A DNA stretch of 64,000 nt from Candidatus Angelobacter sp. (GTDB taxonomy: Bacteria; Verrucomicrobiota; Verrucomicrobiia; Limisphaerales; DASXHY01): positions 24,234 through 88,233 of the forward strand of contig DATNEA010000072.1 in NCBI GenBank assembly GCA_035606845.1. Direction: 5' to 3'. Both the position numbers and the translations under genes were made by a program. Under the pieces are notes generated by a model, which worked only from the letters and a program-made list of their open reading frames with translations, was not told the DNA's origin and made no database searches. Shown in pieces: positions 30,914 through 39,301 of the stretch. Each line of letters starts with the position of its first letter. The first letter of the stretch is position 1.

Positions 30914-33085
30914 GTGAAACTCCTTCGAGCCATCTTTGCCGCGTTGTGCCTGGGCATATTCATCCCGGCGGCCCACGCGGCGCATACGCAGGCGCAGTTG
31001 CTTTTGGCCAATGACATGGCGCGCCGCGGCGACACCGTGCTGGTGGGGGTTGATTTGAAGATGGCGCCCGGCTGGCACACGTATTGGAAAAACCCCGGCT
31101 CGGCGGGCATGGCAACCAAGGTTCAATGGCAATTGCCCCGGGGCGTGACAGCGGGAGACATCCTATGGCCGCTGCCGAAAAAATTGCCGCCCGCGGAAGT
31201 CATCACTTACGGCTACGAAGACGAAACGATGCTGATTGTCCCGCTGAAGCTGGCGAGTGATCTGAAACCCGGCCCGCTTGATTTGAAGGCAAAGGTTTCC
31301 TGGCTCGAGTGCAAGGAACAATGCATTCCCGCTGGCGCAACCGTCGAGGCGACGTTGAACATCGGCAGCGAAACCAAACCGTCCACGAACGCGCCGGCCA
31401 TCAATTTGTGGAAAAACAGAGCGCCGCGCTCCGAACAGCTATTTTCCTTCGCCGCGCGTTGGGAAAAGTCGGTGGATGACACCACGCGCACGATGATCAT
31501 TCAGGGCACGCCGACGGGAGCAAATGTTCTGCCCATCGAAAAAGTCGATTTCTTTCCGGGTGCCAGCGATAACTTTGAGGTCCAGGGCGCGACGGAGAAG
31601 GTGGATTCCCAAATCGGCTTTGCCCTGCGCAAAACGGTGAAGAAATTCTCCGGCGATTGGCCTTCGAGCATCGGCGGCCTGGTGATTGTTGAGGGCGGCG
31701 GACAGACCAATGGTTTTGAAATGAACGTGCCCATCATGGCCATCGGAACTGCAACTCCGGCTAGATCGCCATCGCTCTCGACGTCGCCGCCGGCCAGCAC
31801 ACCGAATCGATCGCTGGCCCTGATGCTGTTTTACGCCTTCATCGGCGGATTGATCCTGAACATCATGCCGTGCGTGTTGCCGGTGATTGCGCTGAAAATT
31901 CTAGGGTTTGTCAGCGAGGCGCATAACGATCCCAAACGGGTCAGAATGCTGGGAATCGTTTATTCGCTGGGTGTGCTGGCGTCATTCTGGGTGATGGCGG
32001 CTTTGGTGATCGGTATCCAATCGGCTGGACATCGAGCGGGGTGGGGAATGCAATTCAGCAATCCCTATTTTCTAATTGCGCTAACTGTGCTGATCACGTT
32101 AGTGGCTTTGAATTTGTTCGGCGTTTTTGAGGTCAACCTTGGCTCGGGCACGATGAGTGCCGCGAGCACGCTGGCCGGGCGGCAGGGTGTCAGTGGCGCG
32201 TTTTTCAATGGAGTTTTGACAACGATCCTCGCGACGCCATGCACCGCGGCGATATTGGGTACCGCTCTTGGATTTGCATTTGCACACGGACCAGCCGTGA
32301 TTGTCCTGATGTTCTCGACCATGGGCATCGGACTGGCTTTCCCCTATCTGTTGCTAAGTTTTCAACCCGCCTGGCTTAAATTTTTGCCGAAACCGGGCGC
32401 TTGGATGGAGAAATTCAAAATCGCGATGGGTTTTCCCATGCTCATCGCGGCCATCTGGCTCTTCAGCATTGCCTCAATTCATTACGGCGATAGAAGCTGG
32501 TGGCTGGCGGTATTTCTTGTTTTTGTTGCCATTGCCGCATGGGTGTACGGCGAGTTTGTGCAGCGGGGCCGAACCCGCCGGGGTTTCGCTCGTTGCGTCG
32601 TCATCCTCGTGTTAATCGCCGGCTATTTCTGGCCGTTAAAATCCCAACTCCGATGGAACGAGCCGCTCGAGGCAGAAGCCGGCGGAAATTCACCAAAAAT
32701 AAATTTCCCGGAATTGAGCGCTGAACCGTGGAGTGCCGAAACCGTCGCGCTGGCTCGCGCGGAGAACCATCCGGTGCTGGTGGATTTCACTGCAAAATGG
32801 TGTGTGACCTGCAATTCAGTTGTCGCTCCCGCGCTTCAGAAACCAACAGTGCAGGCTAAACTCAAAGAGATCAATGCGCGTGTTTTTGTTGCCGACTATT
32901 CACTCACACCTCCCGAAATTACCGATGAACTTGCGCGCTATGGCCGGGCCGGCGTGCCATTGGTGCTGGTTTACCCAAAGGATCCCTCCAAACCGGCGAT
33001 TGTTTTGCAGGAGCCTGGTCCGCTCGAACTTCCGTCGCATTATGCTGGCGCGGTGTTAACTGCCCTCGATCAGGCCGCGAAATAA
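30914..33085 (+). CDS. dsbD: Thiol:disulfide interchange protein (DsbD/ScsB-like)
   Basis: WHTYWKNPG, CKEQC, LNIMPCVLPV, ATPCTA, DFTAKWCVTC. Confidence 0.9.
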   Translation: MKLLRAIFAALCLGIFIPAAHAAHTQAQLLLANDMARRGDTVLVGVDLKMAPGWHTYWKNPGSAGMATKVQWQLPRGVTAGDILWPLPKKLPPAEVITYGYEDETMLIVPLKLASDLKPGPLDLKAKVSWLECKEQCIPAGATVEATLNIGSETKPSTNAPAINLWKNRAPRSEQLFSFAARWEKSVDDTTRTMIIQGTPTGANVLPIEKVDFFPGASDNFEVQGATEKVDSQIGFALRKTVKKFSGDWPSSIGGLVIVEGGGQTNGFEMNVPIMAIGTATPARSPSLSTSPPASTPNRSLALMLFYAFIGGLILNIMPCVLPVIALKILGFVSEAHNDPKRVRMLGIVYSLGVLASFWVMAALVIGIQSAGHRAGWGMQFSNPYFLIALTVLITLVALNLFGVFEVNLGSGTMSAASTLAGRQGVSGAFFNGVLTTILATPCTAAILGTALGFAFAHGPAVIVLMFSTMGIGLAFPYLLLSFQPAWLKFLPKPGAWMEKFKIAMGFPMLIAAIWLFSIASIHYGDRSWWLAVFLVFVAIAAWVYGEFVQRGRTRRGFARCVVILVLIAGYFWPLKSQLRWNEPLEAEAGGNSPKINFPELSAEPWSAETVALARAENHPVLVDFTAKWCVTCNSVVAPALQKPTVQAKLKEINARVFVADYSLTPPEITDELARYGRAGVPLVLVYPKDPSKPAIVLQEPGPLELPSHYAGAVLTALDQAAK

Positions 33086-33174
33086 TTGAAACCAATTGGC
33101 CGCTCCACCGTCCTAGTTTAATAGCATCGAGAATGTAGAGATGACGTAAGAAGTCTCTGACTTAAAGAGAATTT

Positions 33175-33768
33175 ATGAAACAAGTTATTGCACTGCTCGC
33201 ATTGATCGCGCTGACGGGCACGGCGTTCACCGAGGTTGAAGTTGGCAAGCCCGCCCCGGATTTCACCGCGACGGACATTTACGGCAAAACTGTTCATCTC
33301 TCCGATTACAAAGGCAAAATCGTGGTATTGGAGTCCTACAATCAGGACTGTCCTTTTTGCCACAACCAATTCAAGACCGGCGCGATGCAGGAGTTGGAGA
33401 AGGAGATGACCGGCAAAGGCGTCATCTGGCTCCTCGTCAACTCCGTCAACCCGCACAACTCGAGCCATCGCACGCCGGAACAGGCGCGCGCCGAATGGGC
33501 CAAATACAAAATCGGCGCCACCGATTGGCTCGACGACAGCTCCGGCGACATCGGCCATCTTTACGGCATGAAAACCACGCCGCACATGTTCGTGATCGAT
33601 AAGACCGGCACGCTGGTCTACGACGGCGCCATCGACAACGAACCCGATCCTGAGCACGACCCGCACAAAGCCGACAATTACGTCCGCGACGCCCTGACCC
33701 AGGTCTTCGCCGGCCAAAAAGTCACCGTCTCGCAAACGAAGCCCTACGGCTGCGCGGTGAAATACTGA
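33175..33768 (+). CDS. Exported redoxin/thioredoxin-family protein
   Basis: Signal peptide, APDFTATD, CPFC, TTPHMFVID, YDGAID, PYGCAVKY. Confidence 0.9.
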   Translation: MKQVIALLALIALTGTAFTEVEVGKPAPDFTATDIYGKTVHLSDYKGKIVVLESYNQDCPFCHNQFKTGAMQELEKEMTGKGVIWLLVNSVNPHNSSHRTPEQARAEWAKYKIGATDWLDDSSGDIGHLYGMKTTPHMFVIDKTGTLVYDGAIDNEPDPEHDPHKADNYVRDALTQVFAGQKVTVSQTKPYGCAVKY

Positions 33769-34048
33769 TCTTGGATCGTAGGAAACGAGATGACGATTCT
33801 CAAACTCTGGGTCAATTTGATTGGGCTGGGGCAGATTTGGCGTTCGAGGTTTTGATTTCCCGCCTTCTCCGGCTTTGGGGATTCGGCGCGGCAGTTGAGT
33901 TTCGAATGGTGCAAAGCGCCGATCGGGAGATCGGCGCTCCATACGCCGAAAAATGGGTTTTTTTGCCAAGGTGGTAAACGACGCGCCCAAGTTGTCGATG
34001 GAGAAGCGATCTCGAGACTGAAATGGGTTCAGGTAATCACATTGCTGT

Positions 34049-34417
34049 TTATCGGTTTGGCGAATGCGACGTGACGATGAACTGCACTCTTCTGTTCCTG
34101 GCGGCCAATGCGGCGATGGTAATGATAATTCCAAGAATAATACAATTCCACCGCACGGCCGGCCGGAGAACACGGAGCGCAAATGGCGAGAAAATCAGCC
34201 AAATGCCCAGGAACATGTTCAGCATCGATGGCGCGAATTTTCGGGAACGGATCAGTGCCAGCAGGAAAATGGCTCCGCCGGTGGCTACGCAATTCCACAT
34301 AACCGCCGTTTGATTCGAAAATCCCAGGATGAACGGCGAGATGATTACCCAGCCTCCCAGAATCACGTTCAGCCAATTGGCGCCCAGGACATTCGGTTTT
34401 TGCAATGTTTCGTTCAT
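34049..34417 (-). CDS. SPW-repeat membrane protein
   Basis: WLNVILGGWVIISPF and LNMFLGIWLIFSPF repeats; AAAGGAG RBS before ATG 34417. Confidence 0.82.
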   Translation of the reverse strand: MNETLQKPNVLGANWLNVILGGWVIISPFILGFSNQTAVMWNCVATGGAIFLLALIRSRKFAPSMLNMFLGIWLIFSPFALRVLRPAVRWNCIILGIIITIAALAARNRRVQFIVTSHSPNR

Positions 34418-34775
34418 ATCGTCTCCTTTGATAAAGTTCGGGCCAACCATTTCAGGATTCTAAAGGGGGAAACACCCTATTGTCCACCGCCCCGCACAAA
34501 TGGTGGGGCAGGGCTCACACATTCAAAGAGGCGTGAGATCCGCGAGGCTTTCAAATAGCATGTCGACCACTTCGTGATGGGCGCATCCTGATACTCCCCC
34601 GGAGCGCCGGTCTTCGACCCGGCATGAAGAAAAGGAAACCCCTGAAAAACGCGCCAGATCGGAGATCGGCGCTCCAAACGCCGCGCAACTTCGGGGCAGT
34701 GTCAGGATGCGCTCCTTCGTGATCTCTTCGGACTTCGGAGCTTGTTTGCGGGCATCCTTGCGGTAATTTACCGGC

Positions 34776-35003
34776 ATGAAGACCTTGACCGTTCATGATT
34801 ACCAGCGCGTCCGGTTGCCCGACGTGAAGCCGCGCCAGGTCTTCGCCCACGAAAAGGGACCGGACGGGCGGATTATCCTGACGCCGGTTGCGCCCAAGCC
34901 GGCCAAAGTCCACTTCGAAAAGCGCGGCAAATATACCGTGGCTGTCACGGATCGGCCGTTCGACATGGAGGCCCTGAAACAGGCTCTGGCTGAGTTTCCA
35001 TGA
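34776..35003 (+). CDS. Putative antitoxin (AbrB/MazE-like)
   Basis: Small ORF overlapping the PIN gene via ATGA. Confidence 0.7.
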   Translation: MKTLTVHDYQRVRLPDVKPRQVFAHEKGPDGRIILTPVAPKPAKVHFEKRGKYTVAVTDRPFDMEALKQALAEFP

Positions 35004-35376
35004 AGCATTTGCTGGACGTCAACGTGCTTCTGGCGGCGATTTGGGCCACTCACGCGGACAATGGAAAAACTCTTGCCTGGCTGGAGGAAAAATCCATCGC
35101 ACTTTGTCCCATTGCCGAACTGGGTTTTCTGCGAATCAGTACGAATCCAAAATCGACTTTCGGCGCTACGATGGATAAAGCGCGTGAGGCATTGCAAACG
35201 TTCAAACGCGAAAGAAAAGCGCAACGGATCGCTGACGACCTGGAAGCGCTGGACTCATCTTCGAAGACTTCCTCTCAACTGACTGATTCGTATCTGGCGG
35301 ACCTGGCCGAGAAACACGGCTTCAAACTGGCGGCGTCGCAGGCATCAAACATTCCGTTGCAGAATTGATCCGTTAG
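35000..35376 (+). pseudogene. PIN-domain (VapC) toxin, probably frameshifted near the C-terminus
   Basis: LLDVNVLLA, ELGFLRISTNP, TDSYLADLA; the expected ATxD is absent and a tail AGIKHSVAELIR* lies in another frame. Confidence 0.65.
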
Positions 35377-35458
35377 AAAACTTCAAAGCCGATGGGTCCG
35401 AACCGTCTGCCGAATGCCATTCGGCGATACAGTCCCGCCATGGCGCATACGCGTCAAG

Positions 35459-35653
35459 TTAAGCTGAGCGTAATTTTCGGGCTGTTTTCTTGATTTTGCG
35501 GGTCAGAACCAAAGTATTTTTGTCTTCGATGGACCATTCCCATTCTTCGCCTTTGGACAAGCCGATGGCTTCGGCCAAGGCCACAGGGAGATTCAAATAA
35601 TAGGAGCGGTTGGTGGGGCGCTCCACCTTTTGGACTTTAATCAAGTAACCCAT
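35459..35653 (-). CDS. AbrB/MazE/SpoVT-like small DNA-binding protein inside the IS
   Basis: SYYLNLPVALAEAIGLSKGEEWEWSIED swapped-hairpin pattern; stop codon lies in the left TIR. Confidence 0.72.
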   Translation of the reverse strand: MGYLIKVQKVERPTNRSYYLNLPVALAEAIGLSKGEEWEWSIEDKNTLVLTRKIKKTARKLRSA

Positions 35654-35732
35654 AGCGGTGTCTTTGGTTTCAGAGTGGCCGATTTGAGGGTGGAAAAACC
35701 ATTCTGGTAATAAATAGTATAAATACTATATC

Positions 35733-36730
35733 ATGCGCCGCATGTCAATTCCTCTCTGCTCCACTCTGCAATCCCAACTCCAACATCTGCGCTCCCAACT
35801 GCAACAAACCCGCTTTCCCGGCCCGGCCAACGGCCGCAAAAGGCGCTGCGCCTTCCCTCAAACTGCAGTTTGTTTGCGACTTGCTTCACAGCCAGGTCCT
35901 CCTCTTGGGGCTCTCTGGCTTCACCCGTAATGATCAGGCCGCTTCCACCGATAGTCTCTCTCTGCTTCGACCGGGGGATCTCCTCATCCGCGATTTGGGT
36001 TATTTCGTGCTAAAAGTTTTCCAACAGATCGGCTTGCTGGGAGCTTTCTTCCTGAGCCGCTATCGTCATGACGTCTGCCTCTTCGATCCCCAAAGCGGCC
36101 AACCCATCGATTTGGCCGGCTTATTGCGTTCAGGCCAGTCCTTTGACCAGGAGATCTTGTTGGGAAAAGAAAAAGTCCGAGTCCGCCTGGTGGCTCAACC
36201 GGTGGCCCAAGCCCTGGCCGATGAACGCCGCCGCAAAGCCAAATCCAATCGCGACCGGCGCCTCAACCCCAGCAAACGCAAACTCTATCTGCTAGGCTGG
36301 AATATCTTTGTCACCAACGTGTCCCGCACCGTCTGGCCGGCCGGTGCCTTGCAGCCCATTTATCGCCTGCGCTGGCGCATCGAGATTATTTTCAAGGCTT
36401 GGAAAAGTCATTTGGGATTGCGTCAACTCAATTGCCGCTCCGCCTCTCTGCTGAGCCTTTCAGTCCTGACCAAACTCTTGTTTTGCATCGCCGTTTATCG
36501 CTTGTGCGATGCGCTCCAATGGACCGGATCAGCCTCCCATCACGTCAGCCTGCTGCGCCTGGCGCGCATTCTGGGCCAATGCGCCTGCTGGTTCGCAGCC
36601 CAGTTGCTGGACCTCTCCGTGACTCAGTGGCTCCAATGGCACCTCTAAGCACCATCTCTTCTATGAAAGGCGAAAAGACCGCTCTAATTTTTATGAACTG
36701 CTCTCCGAAAGACTCCTCCCACTAACTTGA
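35733..36730 (+). pseudogene. IS4 family transposase, deleted and frameshifted
   Basis: IRDLGYF and YRLRWRIEIIFKAWKS (YREK motif); N-terminal catalytic region missing; frameshifts near 35855 and 36645. Confidence 0.85.
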
Positions 36731-36916
36731 CGCGTATGCGCCGCGGCGGGACCATCCTGCGCTTCGCGGCGATCTCCTGACCCATGCGATCCAGAATTAA
36801 AATGTCATAATAGTCAGCTCTGATAAACATTAAGGGTTGGCTGGCGTAGGAAGGTTTCCTTCCGGTAGAACGTTGTTGTCCGATCAAAAACAAACAACGA
36901 ACCGAAAGGAAACCAT

Positions 36917-37945
36917 ATGACGAGGCAAGTAATGGCAGGCATCGATCTGCATAGCAACAACCTGATGATTGGGATCGTGGACCAGGACGGCAAACGGTTG
37001 AAGCACCAGAAAGTGGACTACGATCTCAAGCAGGTAACGGCCGTGCTGGAACCTTACAAGGCGCGGCTCAAAAGCGTGGCGGTGGAGTCAACCTACAACT
37101 GATATTGGCTGGTGGACGGATTGCGTGCGCAGGCCTATCCCGTAGTGCTGGCCAATCCGGCGGGAATCGAGCAATACAGCGGGATCAAATGCGCCGACGA
37201 CAAGAACGACGCCTTCTTTCTGGCGGAGTTGCAACGGCTGAACATTTTGCCCGCAGGCTACATTTACGATGCGAAGTTGCGGCCGGTGCGGGATTTGTTG
37301 CGGCGGCGCTTGAGCCTGGTGCACCAGCGCAGCTCGCTCTTGGTCAGTTTCAAAAGCCTTTACACGCGCACGACTGGAGCGGCGATGAACCTGGGTAAAC
37401 CTAAAGCATGGAACCAGAAGCGGCGGTGGCTCTGTATGAGCATCCGGCCAATCAATTGATTGCTAAGGTGCAGAAAGAACACATTGAGCAATTGGATAAG
37501 AGCATTGCGCGGATCGAGAAAGCGGTGCTGCAATCAGCTCGGGAACTGCCCTATTACGGGAAGCTCAACACGTTGCCGGAGTGGGAAAGATTTTGGGGAT
37601 GACCATCACCATGGAAGTGGGGGAGATCGAGCGGTTCAAAACACCGGGAGATTTCGTCAGCTATTGCCGGGCGGTCGATTCCAAACGGACCAGCAACCAG
37701 AAGAACAAAGGGCGGAACAACCGCAAGTGTGGCAACAAATACCCGGCCTGGGCCTTTGTCGAGGCGGCTAATTTTGCCAAACGCTACGATGAACGGTGCC
37801 GGCGCTGGTTTGATCGCAAAGCCGCGCGGACCAACACCGTGATAGCCACCAAAGCTCTGGCCTGCAAGCTGGCCAAGGCGGCGTGGCATTTGATGGCGGA
37901 AAAGGCGGACTACGATCAGAAACGAATTTTTCCGCAAGAGTGTGG
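36917..37945 (+). pseudogene. IS110 family transposase, disrupted
   Basis: AGIDLHSNN; VESTYN*YW (in-frame TGA where Trp is expected); KCADDKNDA; NNRKCGNKY; frameshifts near 37400 and 37580. Confidence 0.9.
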
Positions 37946-38420
37946 CAGAGCCGCCGTCGGCCAGAGAAAGGGTTGGCTAAAAACCCTGGCGACTGATTGG
38001 AGGCGGCGGCTCTGCTTGAATTTGGAACGGAGTGAGAACAGGATTTGCAGGCGATTCGACCGCGCCGTGAGTCACCAAAGGGTTGGACGCCAGAAATGGC
38101 GAGCCACCGTTCTTTGAAACTGAATGAACACGGCCCGGCACTGAATGTTTTCTGGTCCCGCTGACGCGGGATGGGCGCCAAAGGGGAAGCTTTTAATGAA
38201 AAGGCTTCCGACACCAGGCGCTAGAACCAGATGGGTGACTGAACGGATCGCTTGAGCGTATCCGCAATCAGAAAAGAAAAGACGGGATCGAGTCAGTTAC
38301 TGCAAATCGCGTTCGCTCTGGAAGGCCCGAAGAAAAACGGGAACGCTTTATCTATTGACCACGTGCCCTAATGGGTGACCCTTTTGTCGCAGGACTAAAA
38401 TTGTTACTGCTTAAACTGAC

Positions 38421-39113
38421 TCACCACATCATCTCCACCGCATTATAAATTTCACCCGCCCGCCCACATTCCAGCGCCGCGATGATGCACCCGGTCACAT
38501 CATCACGATGAATCATATTCAGAAACCGCGCGCCGTCCCCATCCAATCGCGCCTCGACGTTCACGAATTGCTTGAACCAATAGCCGCGTCCCGGCCCGTA
38601 AATGCCGGCTACGCGCAAAATCATCGCCGCAAAATTTCTCTGTTGTCCCGCCGCCAACAGCTCCCGCTCTGCTTCCACCAGCACACGGCCCGTTTCTGTT
38701 ACTAGCTCGGACGTGCTGCTCTCATCCACCGCCGACCCGTCATTTTTGTGCGTAAACACTTGTGCTGCTCGTATGTACGAACCTGGGAGCGCCGGCGCGT
38801 CTTGCCGACCAGTCCCAACCGGCGCGAGCCATTCCACCACATTCCGCATCCCCTCGAGATAAATCCGTCGATAATCCTCCACGCCACCTCCGCCCGATGC
38901 CGCGCAATTCACGACCCAATCGAAGTCACTCGGCAACTGTTTCAATTCTGCCGAACGCGTAATATCAGCAAACAACGGCGTGATGCCTGCCGCCTCCAAC
39001 GCGCCCGCCGCCGCCTTGTTCCGCCGCAAGCCAAACACCTCATGCCTGTGACGCGCCAATTCCGCGCCCAGCGGCAGCCCCACATAACCCGCGTCAATAA
39101 TCAATACGCGCAT
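38421..39113 (-). pseudogene. NAD-dependent epimerase/SDR (YeeZ-like), degraded
   Basis: IIDAGYVG (broken GxGxxG); LRVAGIYGPGR; NMIHRDD; native HTSSTSVYAQ in a shifted frame; truncated C-terminus. Confidence 0.78.
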
Positions 39114-39301
39114 GACCAGAGTTAAACGCAAAGGCCTCCAAGAGGCAAAGCCGCAAAGTTCCCGTAGGAGCCAACGTGAGAAGACTCTCGAATTTTCTGC
39201 GCGGAAAACGTTGGAGTCTCCTCACGTCGGCTGCCACGGTTAAAGAAGGCCCGAAGATTCTTTGTCCCCGCTCCAACCTGTGTTAAGCTTTTAATTCCAA
39301 A

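Larger units (their letters stand above)
35446..36738 (+). mobile_element. IS4-family (IS231-like ends) element with internal deletion and a passenger ORF
   Basis: Perfect 16-bp TIR CATACGCGTCAAGTTA; imperfect 10-bp flanks CGCCATGGCG/CGCCGCGGCG; transposase remnants inside. Confidence 0.88.

Noticed and set aside
33118..34182. 354-aa minus-strand ORF
   Set aside because: It overlaps the redoxin gene antisense and runs through REP repeats.
37100..37102. In-frame TGA in the IS110 transposase as recoding (Trp or Sec)
   Set aside because: TGA is an ordinary stop in many genes here and the same gene has additional frameshifts; simple TGG-to-TGA decay.
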